A DNA stretch of 64,000 nt from an uncultured SAR86 cluster bacterium. Lineage in GTDB: Bacteria; Pseudomonadota; Gammaproteobacteria; Magnimaribacterales; Magnimaribacteraceae. Each line of letters starts with the position of its first letter. Position 1 is the stretch's first letter. Shown here piece after piece: positions 9,138 to 19,757 of this stretch. The position numbers and the translations under genes are program-made. The stretch is taken from contig CALIUO010000007.1 in assembly GCA_938048695.1 (NCBI GenBank), positions 47,556 through 111,555 on the forward strand, in the 5' to 3' direction. The notes beneath the pieces were generated by a model. It was not told where the DNA came from. It searched no databases and was given only the letters and a program-made list of their open reading frames with translations.

Positions 9138-10295
9138 ATGCCTTACATAGAAAACAGAATAGTTCACGACGCTGATGCGCACACAATGGAGTTACCTAAT
9201 TGGTTTGATCAATACGCTAATAATAAAATCCAGAAAGCTTTTAAAGATAGATTTCAGGGAAACAAAGGGCTGGCTCAAACCTACTTTGAAAATATAGATC
9301 AAGTGCATCAAGGTAAATCTTATCAAGAAAAGAATAGCGAAGAGCTGATGGTGAGAAAAAATTATGATGCTCTAGGTTCCTTTAATAAAGAGGATCGGTC
9401 TAAAGCATTAGATTTGCTAGGTGTAAAAAGTCAGTTAGTTTTCCCAACTTCACCCAATGTGTGGCTTGAGAGTCTCGAACATGGAACTGATATTGATATG
9501 CTGTATGATGTAGCTGAAGCAACAAATAGAGCTCAAATAGACTTTTGTTCACAAGATTCTAGGCTTTTGCCAGCAACGTATGTACCTTTAGCTGATATTG
9601 AAAAAAGTATAAAAATTGCTAAATCAGCTATTGATTTAGGTTCAAGTGCACTACTAATTCCCTGGGCTTGCCCCAAAAATCATTCTACTAGTCATATCGG
9701 GTTTGACCCACTTTGGTCTATGGCAGAAGAGGCTGGTATTCCAATCTTATTTCACGTCGGTAGTGCAGACTTTGTCCTTCCTAAGGCTCACTCTCTAAAT
9801 GGGATGCCAAAAGTTAAAGATTTCCACGGAGGGGAAGAAAACTTTAGATCTATTTCTTATATGGCAATCTCTTCAGGCCCAATGCAGGCCCTATCTCTCT
9901 TGATCCTAGACGGTGTATTAGAAAGGCATCCTAAACTTATGTTTGGAGTTATTGAACTAGGGTCAGTATGGGTTCCAGGTTTCATGAGACAGTTAGATTC
10001 AGCTTTTGAAGCGTTTTCAAGACATGAAGAGAGACTTCAAGGACTTTCTCTGAAGCCTAGCGAATATATACATAGACAAGTAAGAGTGACGCCCTACCCC
10101 ACAGAACCTACCGGTTGGGTTATTAAAGAGGCAGGAAGTGATATTTTTATGTTCTCTTCCGATTATCCACATGTTGAAGGAGGAAGAAACCCTCTTGCGC
10201 GATTCGAAAAATCTATTAAAGATATAGATGATGAAGCTCAAGATAAATTTTTCAGGGCAAATTTCGAAAGTTTAATGGGATCAGCTCTGAAGTAA
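9138..10295 (+). CDS. Amidohydrolase_2 family metallohydrolase/decarboxylase
   Basis: DADAH, FHVG, GVLERHPKL, FSSDYPHVEG. Confidence 0.85.
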   Translation: MPYIENRIVHDADAHTMELPNWFDQYANNKIQKAFKDRFQGNKGLAQTYFENIDQVHQGKSYQEKNSEELMVRKNYDALGSFNKEDRSKALDLLGVKSQLVFPTSPNVWLESLEHGTDIDMLYDVAEATNRAQIDFCSQDSRLLPATYVPLADIEKSIKIAKSAIDLGSSALLIPWACPKNHSTSHIGFDPLWSMAEEAGIPILFHVGSADFVLPKAHSLNGMPKVKDFHGGEENFRSISYMAISSGPMQALSLLILDGVLERHPKLMFGVIELGSVWVPGFMRQLDSAFEAFSRHEERLQGLSLKPSEYIHRQVRVTPYPTEPTGWVIKEAGSDIFMFSSDYPHVEGGRNPLARFEKSIKDIDDEAQDKFFRANFESLMGSALK

Positions 10296-11740
10296 TGAAA
10301 CTTTCTAACTCGTATATCGGATTACCCGAGGAGTTCTATCAATTAGTTGATCCTTCTCCAGTCAAAGATCCATCCTTGATTATCTACAATCAAGATTTAG
10401 CTGCTTCTCTTAAAATAAATCTAGAAAAGGAAGAAGTTTTAAAATACTTTTCAGGAAATGAAGTTCCTAATGGATCTGTGCCAATAGCTTTGAACTACGC
10501 GGGTCATCAATTTGGCAATTTTGTTCATCAGTTAGGAGATGGGCGTGCAGTCTTACTAGGGGAAATAAGTAATAAATCAGGAAGTTATGATGTCCAGCTT
10601 AAAGGTTCTGGACAAACTATGTTTTCCCGACAAGGAGACGGAAGGTCTGCCTTAGGTCCGGTTATAAGGGAATATATATTAAGTGAGGCTATGCACCATT
10701 TAGGAATACCAACTTCTAGAGCACTAGCTGCTGTTGCGACAGGCGAACATGTTGCTAGAGAAGTTTTTGAACCAGGTGGTATTCTTACCAGAGTAGCTAG
10801 CAGTCATTTAAGAGTCGGTACTTTTGAATATTTCGCCTCCAGGCAGCAATGGCAAGATGTAAAGTTACTAGCTGATTTTGCCATACAGAAACACTACCCA
10901 GAAATAAGGGAATCAAACAACCATTATCTTGAATTACTCAAGAGTGTTGCTAAAAAGCAATCTATTCTTGTTTCTAAATGGATGAGTGTAGGCTTTATAC
11001 ATGGTGTCATGAATACAGATAACTTTACGATCTCAGGAGAAACAATTGACTATGGCCCATGTGCTTTTCTGGATGAATACCATCCTGGAAAAGTTTTTAG
11101 TTCCATTGATCAAAATGGAAGGTATGCTTTCGGCAATCAGCCCAGTATTGCATCTTGGAACTTAGCTTCATTAGCAGGTTGTCTTATTGCTTTCATCGAT
11201 AAAGATAGTGATAAAGCTAATGAACTTGCAACAGAAGTCTTAGATAATTTTTCTGTTGATACAAATCAAAGAATCCTTGATTTAATGTGTACAAAAATAG
11301 GTATTGATGGATCAAATAAGTCAAATCAGAGCTTGCTTAGAAGGTTTCTAAAGATAATGTTAGATAATGAATCAGACTATACGATTACCTTTAGAACCTT
11401 ACCTAAGGTTCTCCTTGAAGATTCAAATGAATTCTTTGAGCAGTTTCATAACAAAAAAGAATTACATCTATGGTTGGAAGAGTGGAAAGCTGCTATTAAT
11501 GCAGAGAATAATGATATTAATACTTTGGTAGGTAATTTAGATCAAATAAACCCAGTTTACGTTCCTAGAAATCATCAAATACAAGATGTTATTGATCAAG
11601 CTTATAATAATGATTTTTCTAAAATGCTTGAAATGGTAGAGGTAATTAAAAATCCATTTAATGATAAAGAAGAATATTTCTCTTACAAAGAAGCGCCAAG
11701 TGATGATCAAAAAGTGCAAAGAACTTTCTGTGGTACTTAA
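10295..11740 (+). CDS. selO: SelO/YdiU protein adenylyltransferase
   Basis: YAGHQFG, LGDGRA, QLKGSG, GDGRS..GP.IREY, GFIHGVMNTDN, IDYGPC, NPVYVPRNH, C-terminal TFCGT. Confidence 0.93.
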   Translation: MKLSNSYIGLPEEFYQLVDPSPVKDPSLIIYNQDLAASLKINLEKEEVLKYFSGNEVPNGSVPIALNYAGHQFGNFVHQLGDGRAVLLGEISNKSGSYDVQLKGSGQTMFSRQGDGRSALGPVIREYILSEAMHHLGIPTSRALAAVATGEHVAREVFEPGGILTRVASSHLRVGTFEYFASRQQWQDVKLLADFAIQKHYPEIRESNNHYLELLKSVAKKQSILVSKWMSVGFIHGVMNTDNFTISGETIDYGPCAFLDEYHPGKVFSSIDQNGRYAFGNQPSIASWNLASLAGCLIAFIDKDSDKANELATEVLDNFSVDTNQRILDLMCTKIGIDGSNKSNQSLLRRFLKIMLDNESDYTITFRTLPKVLLEDSNEFFEQFHNKKELHLWLEEWKAAINAENNDINTLVGNLDQINPVYVPRNHQIQDVIDQAYNNDFSKMLEMVEVIKNPFNDKEEYFSYKEAPSDDQKVQRTFCGT

Positions 11741-11773
11741 AAAGTATACTTATCGCGTTAATATTAATGTTAT

Positions 11774-11805
11774 AAAAAAAGAGGGCCTTTGGCCCTCTTT
11801 TTTTT
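11774..11805. terminator. Bidirectional intrinsic terminator between selO and proteorhodopsin
   Basis: A7-GAGGGCC-TTT-GGCCCTC-T8. Confidence 0.9.
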
Positions 11806-11818
11806 AAAGCTATTAGCT

Positions 11819-12571
11819 TTAAGCAGAAGATTTTTTATCTTCCACTGCTGCAGCCCAGATAACAATACCAAATAAGATCTTGTTAACAAAGTCTGCTAAG
11901 TTGTAGATTAAGTTAAGAGATGCATCGTTGATAGCTCCTCCCATTAAATAACCTGCAGCATATCCTATAGGATAAATGGCCCAACCTACGATTATGATCC
12001 ACATCATTGTGTTGTATGCTGTTTGCACTGAAGCACTAGTTCCACTAACAGCTGCTTTACCTTCTCCGCCCCATAGGGTCCAGATCATATATAGCCAAGC
12101 AGCACAACCAATAACAAATGCTGGCAATGCAGCCATTGCACCCGATTCTCCAAGGTAACCAAATATAAGCATTACCAGAGAGCCGAAGAATAGTTTATTA
12201 AATAGCGAAGCAGCCACGTCTGTTACCGCTCTAAGAATGAAGTAAAACTCTATCATTAATAGAGGCACTGTTAATAACCAGTCGATATATCTGAATACCG
12301 TAGGTGTCTCACCTGTATCTATCCATACACCTCTCATATAGAGATAGTGCCAAAACGCGATACCTGTTACCAAACCAGCTATGGTTAATGAAGTTTTCCA
12401 TTTTTCTCCAACATTATCTCTTTCTATGAAAAAGAAAACTGTAGCAGCTAATAGTGCTGCTGTTACAAGCCAAAAAGAAACTCCAACGTAATCATTAGCA
12501 TCTAAGTCTCCACCACTTGCCGCGAATAAAGGCGCGGCCAGGAAACTAGAAAGAACTAAAATTGATTTCAT
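11819..12571 (-). CDS. Proteorhodopsin, green-absorbing type (DTE proton pump)
   Basis: Signal peptide, FWHYLYMR (His75), RYIDWLLTVPLLMIEF (D97, T101, L105, E108), DFVNK retinal lysine. Confidence 0.97.
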   Translation of the reverse strand: MKSILVLSSFLAAPLFAASGGDLDANDYVGVSFWLVTAALLAATVFFFIERDNVGEKWKTSLTIAGLVTGIAFWHYLYMRGVWIDTGETPTVFRYIDWLLTVPLLMIEFYFILRAVTDVAASLFNKLFFGSLVMLIFGYLGESGAMAALPAFVIGCAAWLYMIWTLWGGEGKAAVSGTSASVQTAYNTMMWIIIVGWAIYPIGYAAGYLMGGAINDASLNLIYNLADFVNKILFGIVIWAAAVEDKKSSA

Positions 12572-12655
12572 ATTTATTCTCCCGTTAAATTATTTAAGAT
12601 CTTAAATTCTAGTAAGAAACAGGGGGAAACCTGTTTCTAAACAAGAACTATTCTC

Positions 12656-12684
12656 AATATACTACCAGAACAAAAACTTTTCAA
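12656..12684 (-). promoter_or_regulatory. Putative sigma70 promoter of proteorhodopsin
   Basis: Minus strand TTGAAA-N17-TATATT. Confidence 0.55.
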
Positions 12685-12743
12685 TTTACGGTTATCATAT
12701 TTATTTGTAATGTCAAATAACCTATTTGCTTTTAAAAAAGGGT

Positions 12744-13946
12744 CTATTTAGGGCTCAAGGCAGAATAAATTAATGACCTTAGCTCTCTTCTGACTTGGTA
12801 GGTAGAAGAAGGTAGTAGTTGAGTAAGAAATATAATAAACATTTCCTCCTTGGGGTTGATCATAAAAACAGTGCTTGCTGCACCACCCCAACCATATTCA
12901 CCTATATCACTAACAGATTGTGACTTTGCAGGATCTAACATCACTGAAAATCCTAAACCAAACCCTACTCCAGCATATGGTGTTTCACTAAAGGCAGACT
13001 CACTCACCTCTGTAAGATCTTGATTGTTAGGCAAATGGTTGACAGTCATTAATTCGAGTGTTTTTCTACCTATCAAACGCTTTCCGTTGAATTCTCCTTG
13101 ATGCAGTAACATAGAGCAAAAATTATGATAATCACTCATGGTAGAAAATAGACCACCGCCACCAGACTCCATTTTTGTGTTTAGGAATGGAATTTCAAGA
13201 AACCTTGGATCCCCTTTGGGATTATGTTCATATAGTGCACATAAACGATCAACTTTTTCTTTGGGGCAAGAAAAACTTGTATCCACCATATCAAGAGGCT
13301 CGAAAATAAATTTCTTAAAATATTCCTCGAGTTTCATTCCTGATAGGACTTCAACTAAATATCCAAGTACATCAGTAGAAACTGAATAATTCCACTTATC
13401 TCCGGGAGAAAACTCTAGCGGTAGCTTTGAAAGTATTTCTACAAACTGTTCGAGACTTTCTGCTTGTTGGACTTTTGTTTTTCGATAAGCAGCATCAACA
13501 TTGGTCCTGTACATAAAATCGTAGGTCAAACCCGACATATGAGTTAAAAGATCTCTTATAGTCATGTGCCTTTTAGGTCTTGAAGTCAAAAAATTTGGAT
13601 AGATACCTGATTGGTAAACTCTCAATTTCTCCCATGAAGGAATATACCAAAATACAGGATCATCTAGTCTAAAAGCACTTTTTTCATACAATTGCATTAT
13701 TGCAATGCTAGTTATCGCCTTGGACATGGAATAAATCCTAAAAATAGAATCCTCTTGCATAGCCTTTTTATTTTCACGATCCATAAACCCCAACGAATCT
13801 AAATAAGCAATCTTTCCTTTCCTGGATACAAGAGTCATAGTGCCAACATATTTTCCATCTTTGACATATGTCTTATCTAAATAATCTCTAATATTTCCAA
13901 GGACAGTAGAGTCCAATCCAACTGATTCTGGGTTAACTACCTTCAT
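12744..13946 (-). CDS. Serine hydrolase, beta-lactamase/esterase family
   Basis: YSMSK (SxxK), LLTHMSGL, WNYS, YGWGG. Confidence 0.9.
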   Translation of the reverse strand: MKVVNPESVGLDSTVLGNIRDYLDKTYVKDGKYVGTMTLVSRKGKIAYLDSLGFMDRENKKAMQEDSIFRIYSMSKAITSIAIMQLYEKSAFRLDDPVFWYIPSWEKLRVYQSGIYPNFLTSRPKRHMTIRDLLTHMSGLTYDFMYRTNVDAAYRKTKVQQAESLEQFVEILSKLPLEFSPGDKWNYSVSTDVLGYLVEVLSGMKLEEYFKKFIFEPLDMVDTSFSCPKEKVDRLCALYEHNPKGDPRFLEIPFLNTKMESGGGGLFSTMSDYHNFCSMLLHQGEFNGKRLIGRKTLELMTVNHLPNNQDLTEVSESAFSETPYAGVGFGLGFSVMLDPAKSQSVSDIGEYGWGGAASTVFMINPKEEMFIIFLTQLLPSSTYQVRRELRSLIYSALSPK

Positions 13947-14064
13947 AAATCCTCCAATAAGATTTGACGTTAAGTAAATAGGTTACTTTTATATTTATTA
14001 TTTAATTTGAAGTGTACAAAAAAAATATTAATATGAATAAATAAATTTTAAAAAGAGATCAATT

Positions 14065-15780
14065 ATGTATGACTTAGTTATTAGAAATGGGCAAATTGTA
14101 GATGGAAGCGGACAGCCTTCTTTTATGGGTGATATTGCAATTCATGGAGACCGTATTGTAAAGATAGGTCTAGTTGAAGAGTCCGGCAATGAGGAGATAG
14201 ATGCTGAAGGTAATTTAGTCACTCCTGGATGGGTTGATATACACACTCACTATGACGGGCAAGTTTGTTGGGATGAGTATTTAACTCCGTCCTGTTGGCA
14301 TGGGGTCACCACAGTTGTGATGGGTAATTGTGGAGTAGGATTTGCTCCGGTAAGGCCTGGAACTGAAGAATTCCTAGTACAACTTATGGAAGGAGTTGAA
14401 GATATACCTGGCGTTGCCTTGAATGAGGGTGTTAGCTGGGACTGGGAAAGCTTCCCAGAATATCTTGATTCAATTGGAAAAAATAATTATGCCATGGATA
14501 TTGGTGCGATGATTGGACATGGGCCAATTAGATCCTATGTTATGGGCATGGATAGATGCCAGGGCAAAGAAGAAGCCTCAGATAGCGAAATAGCTGAAAT
14601 GGCACAGATAACCAAGGAAGCCATAGAAGCAGGTGCTCTGGGATTTAGCACTTCTAGAACATATCTTCATAGAGATAAATTTGGGGAATATGTCCCTGGC
14701 ACAGAGGCAACTGCAAAAGAAATGAGAACAATTGCCAATACTATCGCTGATCTTGGACAAGGCACTTTAGAGATAGTCTCAGACTGGATGGATCAAGATA
14801 TCGAATTAGATTGGGTAAAAGAGTTTGTAGAAAAGTCCGATAGAACTCTTACTTACGCTCAAACTGGCGGGAATCCAGTTGAAACTTGGAAATATTGTGA
14901 AGAAAATTTTTCTAAAGGTGTGAAGATAAGACCTCAATTTCCAGGTAGACCCACTGGTATGCTCTTCAGTCTTGAATCTACCGTTCACCCTTTTATCGCA
15001 CATCCTAGTTATGCAGAGATAGCACACAAAACTTTAGAGGAAAAAGTTGAAGCTATGAAAGATGAGTCTTTCAAACAAAGGATACTTTCAGAAGAGCCGG
15101 CAGTAGATAAAAATCATATGATTTACACTCTTATGACTGCATTTGATAAACAGTTCCCAATGGACGAAATACCTGACTATGAACCTTCATATGAAGAAAG
15201 TATCGCCGGGATAGCTGAAAGCTCGAATAAATCAGTTATGGAAGTAATGTACGATGAAATGCTTAAAAATGATGGCAAAACTTTCGTTTGGGCTCCATTT
15301 TCTCCCTACCCTGATCACAACCTAGACACGTATAAAATGATGATGGAATTTGAGAGCTCAGTCGCTGGGCTTAGTGATGGAGGTGCGCATTGTGGTCTTA
15401 TATGTGATGCCAGTATGCCAACTTGGAATATAGCTCATTACACCAGAGACAGAGTGAAAGGAGAAAAAATCCCTCTTGAATTTCTGGTAAGAAAACAAAC
15501 AAAGGAAACTGCAGAAACCTTCGGTTTAATGGATAGAGGACAGATTAAAGAGGGTTATATGGCTGATATCAACATAATTGATCATGAAAATTTATGCGTG
15601 TACAAACCTGAGATGGTTCATGACCTACCAACTGGAAGTAGAAGAATTATCCAAAAGGCTGGTGGTTATATAGCGACTATCAAAAGTGGAGTTGTAACTT
15701 TTAGAAATGATGAAGCTACTGGGGAATTACCTGGTACTGTTTTGAGAGGAGAAAGGACTGCTGAAGCTATCAGCGCTTAA
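14065..15780 (+). CDS. N-acyl-D-amino-acid deacylase-like amidohydrolase
   Basis: [29 protein letters not shown]. Confidence 0.88.
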   Translation: MYDLVIRNGQIVDGSGQPSFMGDIAIHGDRIVKIGLVEESGNEEIDAEGNLVTPGWVDIHTHYDGQVCWDEYLTPSCWHGVTTVVMGNCGVGFAPVRPGTEEFLVQLMEGVEDIPGVALNEGVSWDWESFPEYLDSIGKNNYAMDIGAMIGHGPIRSYVMGMDRCQGKEEASDSEIAEMAQITKEAIEAGALGFSTSRTYLHRDKFGEYVPGTEATAKEMRTIANTIADLGQGTLEIVSDWMDQDIELDWVKEFVEKSDRTLTYAQTGGNPVETWKYCEENFSKGVKIRPQFPGRPTGMLFSLESTVHPFIAHPSYAEIAHKTLEEKVEAMKDESFKQRILSEEPAVDKNHMIYTLMTAFDKQFPMDEIPDYEPSYEESIAGIAESSNKSVMEVMYDEMLKNDGKTFVWAPFSPYPDHNLDTYKMMMEFESSVAGLSDGGAHCGLICDASMPTWNIAHYTRDRVKGEKIPLEFLVRKQTKETAETFGLMDRGQIKEGYMADINIIDHENLCVYKPEMVHDLPTGSRRIIQKAGGYIATIKSGVVTFRNDEATGELPGTVLRGERTAEAISA

Positions 15781-15792
15781 AACTAACTCTCT

Positions 15793-16275
15793 ATGTCTTT
15801 TAGTACACCTGATCTGTCTGATGAAAATCCAGATGCCAAGGCCCTCGCCCCTATTCTAAAAAACTTAGGAGGAAAGAAAGTCTTCTGGGGAAAAATTGAA
15901 ACACTTCAATGTCCTGATGATAACTCTTTTGTAAAAGAACTTCTCAATGCAGAGGGTGAAGGAAAAGTTTTAGTTGTAGATGCAAATGGTATATCTTCAG
16001 TTGCGCTACTAGGAGACATGATTGCTGAAGCTGGGGTTAGGAATAATTGGAGTGGGATAGTAATAAACGGCTACGTAAGGGATATAGATATACTTAGTAA
16101 GTTAGATATAGGTGTACAGGCCTTAGGTACAGTGCCTGTTAGAAGTGAAAAGAAAAACCAAGGGCAAATAGGGATTGAGATATCTTTCGGCGGATTGACC
16201 TTTTGTGCTGGAGATTACGTCTATGCAGACAACAACGGCCTTTTACTAAGCAAACAAAAGCTTAATCTGCCCTAG
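15793..16275 (+). CDS. rraA: RraA / HMG aldolase family protein
   Basis: TPDLSDE, DDNS.VK, ALLGDMIA, GYVRD, GDYVYADNNG. Confidence 0.85.
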   Translation: MSFSTPDLSDENPDAKALAPILKNLGGKKVFWGKIETLQCPDDNSFVKELLNAEGEGKVLVVDANGISSVALLGDMIAEAGVRNNWSGIVINGYVRDIDILSKLDIGVQALGTVPVRSEKKNQGQIGIEISFGGLTFCAGDYVYADNNGLLLSKQKLNLP

Positions 16276-17456
16276 ATTGATCTTAGAGCTTCGGTAATAT
16301 CCCTTCTAGCAGCATTCCATGCGGGGAAAACACCGCCGATAAATCCTACAAACAGAGCTAAAGTTAATCCTTGTTGAACTACCTCTCCAGTCACCGCAAA
16401 AGCAAATGCGGTTTGAGAGAAAGAGCCTCCTGCAAGGGTTGAAACGGTATAACCATTAAATAATACATAAGCAATAGCAGCACCAAGCAATCCGCCGGCC
16501 ATAGCTAATATAAGAGCCTCAATCATTAGTGCCGCAAGAACTGTAGCACCTTTAAAACCTAATGCTCTAAGGGTACCTATTTCAACAAGTCTAGTTGATA
16601 CGGCGCTATACATGGTGTTTAAGGCAGCAAAGACTGCACCAATTGCCATAATATAACCAACGACTTGGCCAAATATTTTAATTAGGTCAGCACCCGAGGA
16701 TTGATCATCATAAAAATCAATCTCTCTTTGAACTTTTAATTCTAAATTAGGGTAACTTTCGACATAAAGACCTACTTCATCGAACGATTCTTTATTTTCT
16801 AATTTTAAAATCACACTAGAAACGGTAGGACCTCTTCGGAATATGCCTTGAGCAGCTGAAAGATCAGACCATATTTCAGATTCGTGAACATCGCCATTAC
16901 TTGTAAATATACCTACAACAGTTGCAAAACTGTCTCTTACTTTTATTTGATCCCCTATATCAAGACCTTGATATTGATTATTAGCGCCTTTACCAACGAT
17001 TATTTCAGCTGTTCCACTCGTGAAATTTCTACCCTCTACAATTGTTAGTTCAGGTCTTATTGCAAAGCTCATTGGCTCAACACCTCTAAATGGTAAATTG
17101 GAAGTTGAATCCGCACCTTTCTTTGTTAAGTCTATAATCGCGAATAATTCTCCGGCGATCATTGGATCTCCATCAAGGCTCTTGATTCCCGAGGAACTAG
17201 ATACAGTGTCCACCTCTGTCATTGCCACTCCACTGCTTAATTCGGAACTTGAACCATCTCTCAATATTATTACCCTATCGTCCTGACCTGTATTAGAAAT
17301 AGTAGAACTAAGACCTTCTGCCATAGCCAGAAGAGACACCATGACAGCAACAGAACCTGCTATTCCAATTATAATTACAAGTGAAGACCCAGATCTCTCA
17401 AGGATGGATCTTAAATTCATGTTAGTTACGGATAAAACCTGTCTTATAAAACTCAT
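16272..17456 (-). CDS. MacB/FtsX-type ABC transporter permease (3rd)
   Basis: N-terminal TM, periplasmic domain, EIGTLRALGF, C-terminal TMs. Confidence 0.9.
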   Translation of the reverse strand: MSFIRQVLSVTNMNLRSILERSGSSLVIIIGIAGSVAVMVSLLAMAEGLSSTISNTGQDDRVIILRDGSSSELSSGVAMTEVDTVSSSSGIKSLDGDPMIAGELFAIIDLTKKGADSTSNLPFRGVEPMSFAIRPELTIVEGRNFTSGTAEIIVGKGANNQYQGLDIGDQIKVRDSFATVVGIFTSNGDVHESEIWSDLSAAQGIFRRGPTVSSVILKLENKESFDEVGLYVESYPNLELKVQREIDFYDDQSSGADLIKIFGQVVGYIMAIGAVFAALNTMYSAVSTRLVEIGTLRALGFKGATVLAALMIEALILAMAGGLLGAAIAYVLFNGYTVSTLAGGSFSQTAFAFAVTGEVVQQGLTLALFVGFIGGVFPAWNAARRDITEALRSI

Positions 17457-17457
17457 A

Positions 17458-18606
17458 TTAATTTTTCCTCAAAGCATCTACTACATTCAGTCGCATCGCA
17501 GAGTACGCAGGCAACACACCGGAGATAACAGCGGTTATAAAAGCTACTAAAATTGCACTTATTACTATAGAAATCGAAAATTCTATCTCTCCTGAAAAGC
17601 CTATAGCCACGCCAGAAAAAAGTGGGAACAATAGGTAAGCTATAAGAACTCCAATCAAGGCTCCTGCAACACATAGAAAGAAAGATTCAGCTAAAACAAA
17701 AAGCATAATAAGTCGATCTGAAAAACCAACTGCCTTCAGTGCTCCAAGCTCAGGTGTTCTCTCTCGTACTGCTTGACTCATAGTATTACCTGTTAGCAAA
17801 AGAATAGTGAAAAAAGAAGCAGCCAAAACTGAATTGATTATTAAACCGATATTGCCAATTTGTTCCGCAAACATCCTGCTAAAAGCCTCTTCTGTTGACG
17901 TTTTGGTTTCATCTAATGAATTCATAAAAAGCTCATCTATCTCTTTTGCTATAGATTCAGCCTGATCTGGATTTTTTATCTTTACAATATAATTTCCGGG
18001 TCGGCCAGTCTCAAACTGTCTTGCTTCATCAAAATATTTCCAATTTATGAAAGCTTCACCCTGCTCTTCACTGACACTGTCTGTATACGTACCTACCAAA
18101 TCAAATTCCCAAACTCCTCCACCCTTCTTAGGCCATATATCAGCAATAATAGGAATCCTGTCTCCAATCTTCCATCCAAACTGATCGGCCAAGTCTTTCC
18201 CTACAATCATTCCAGTTATGTTTCGTGAGAAAGCTTCTTGTGCTCCTTCACTGAGCTCCCATTCAGGATAAACATCAAAATAATTGTCTGGAACAGGCCA
18301 CTTTGGAAAAAAGTTTTGTCTTTCTTTATAAGTGCCTCCAAACCATTGACGCCATACCACAGTATCAACGCCTTCAACAGCTTCTATTCTGTTTTTATGT
18401 GCCATAGGTAATGATTCTGTAAACGCTAAACGAGAGACAACTATCAGCCTATCTTTTCCTGCAAAATCAACTTCACTATTAAAGGCAACAGCAACTGATC
18501 TTCCTAGAGAAAATAGTAAGAAAGCAGTAGCTATCGAAAAAACTGTCATAAAGGTTCTAATCTTTTTACGATTAATACCCGACTTAACTATCATCCAATA
18601 TTTCAT
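17458..18606 (-). CDS. MacB/FtsX-type ABC transporter permease (2nd)
   Basis: RKKIRT, NTMSQAVRERTPELGALKAVGF. Confidence 0.9.
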   Translation of the reverse strand: MKYWMIVKSGINRKKIRTFMTVFSIATAFLLFSLGRSVAVAFNSEVDFAGKDRLIVVSRLAFTESLPMAHKNRIEAVEGVDTVVWRQWFGGTYKERQNFFPKWPVPDNYFDVYPEWELSEGAQEAFSRNITGMIVGKDLADQFGWKIGDRIPIIADIWPKKGGGVWEFDLVGTYTDSVSEEQGEAFINWKYFDEARQFETGRPGNYIVKIKNPDQAESIAKEIDELFMNSLDETKTSTEEAFSRMFAEQIGNIGLIINSVLAASFFTILLLTGNTMSQAVRERTPELGALKAVGFSDRLIMLFVLAESFFLCVAGALIGVLIAYLLFPLFSGVAIGFSGEIEFSISIVISAILVAFITAVISGVLPAYSAMRLNVVDALRKN

Positions 18607-19757
18607 TAGCCTTCTCTCAGAGCATCAACTACTTTTAATCGTAAGGCCTGATAAGCCGGTACGGCAGCTGATATAAACGCAATAACTAAACCTATCAAAA
18701 AACCCCCAATAATAATACTTGGTGTTACTGAAACTGTATTTTCCAGCATTCCACCACTCATTGACTCCATCAAAGGGACAAGCGATAACGTCACCGCGAG
18801 CCCAGCTATAACTGCCGTAAGGCATATGGTGATAGCTTCCAATATAACCGAAGAAAAAATTGTTAAATCTTTATAACCCAAACACTTCAAGACACCTATA
18901 TCGCTTGTTCTTTCTCTTATCGATTGGGCAAGCGTATTTGATGAGACCAATAAAATAGTAAAAAAAACAGATAAAAGTATTGAGTTAACAATTAATTCAA
19001 CATCTGCAATTTCTCCAGCCATTTCCACAGCAACCATTGATTCAGGGCCTGATCTAGTTGCGTAAGAGGAGTTCATAAAGTGCTCATCTATCTGTTTCGA
19101 TATTTTCTCACCCGCTTCAGCAGATGAAGCCTTGACCATGACCATGCCCAAAGTGCCCTTTTGGCTCATTCTTGCCTCATCAAAGGCAGTCCAATTAATT
19201 ATTGCTCCTAATTCATCACCTTTAATTTGTTTCGCTGTATAGAAACCTACAACCTCAAAGGACCAATTATTTGTTCCATCTATATTTAATGATGATGATT
19301 CCGTGTTTAGTCGATCTCCAATTCTTAAACCCTTCTGATCTGCCATGAGCTGTCCAACAATTGTGGCATTTGGATTATTTCTTAAAGCAAGTTCAGCTTG
19401 TTCTGTTGTTTCAAATCGATCATACACTTCAAAAAAATTTGGACTGACAGCATAAGCTACGCCCTCCATCATGCTTTCAATGCTATCGGATACAAGAAAA
19501 TCCATATACATCACTTCCTCCACACCCTCTAGTGTTTCTATATAATTAACATGCGAATAAGGGAGTTTTCCGAACATATCATATCTAGGCATTACCATCA
19601 CGTTATCTGCAGAAAGGCCCTCTATAGAGCCTGTAAAAAGGCCTGAAAGAGTATTTAAAGATCCGTAGAGAACGAAGGCAATAAACATCGACATAATTGT
19701 TAAAAAGGTTCTTAACCTTTTTCTAATTAATCCTATCTTGACTAAAGTCCAATACAT
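18606..19757 (-). CDS. MacB/FtsX-type ABC transporter permease (1st; paralog of 17458-18606)
   Basis: RKRLRT, NTLAQSIRERTSDIGVLKCLGY. Confidence 0.9.
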   Translation of the reverse strand: MYWTLVKIGLIRKRLRTFLTIMSMFIAFVLYGSLNTLSGLFTGSIEGLSADNVMVMPRYDMFGKLPYSHVNYIETLEGVEEVMYMDFLVSDSIESMMEGVAYAVSPNFFEVYDRFETTEQAELALRNNPNATIVGQLMADQKGLRIGDRLNTESSSLNIDGTNNWSFEVVGFYTAKQIKGDELGAIINWTAFDEARMSQKGTLGMVMVKASSAEAGEKISKQIDEHFMNSSYATRSGPESMVAVEMAGEIADVELIVNSILLSVFFTILLVSSNTLAQSIRERTSDIGVLKCLGYKDLTIFSSVILEAITICLTAVIAGLAVTLSLVPLMESMSGGMLENTVSVTPSIIIGGFLIGLVIAFISAAVPAYQALRLKVVDALREG

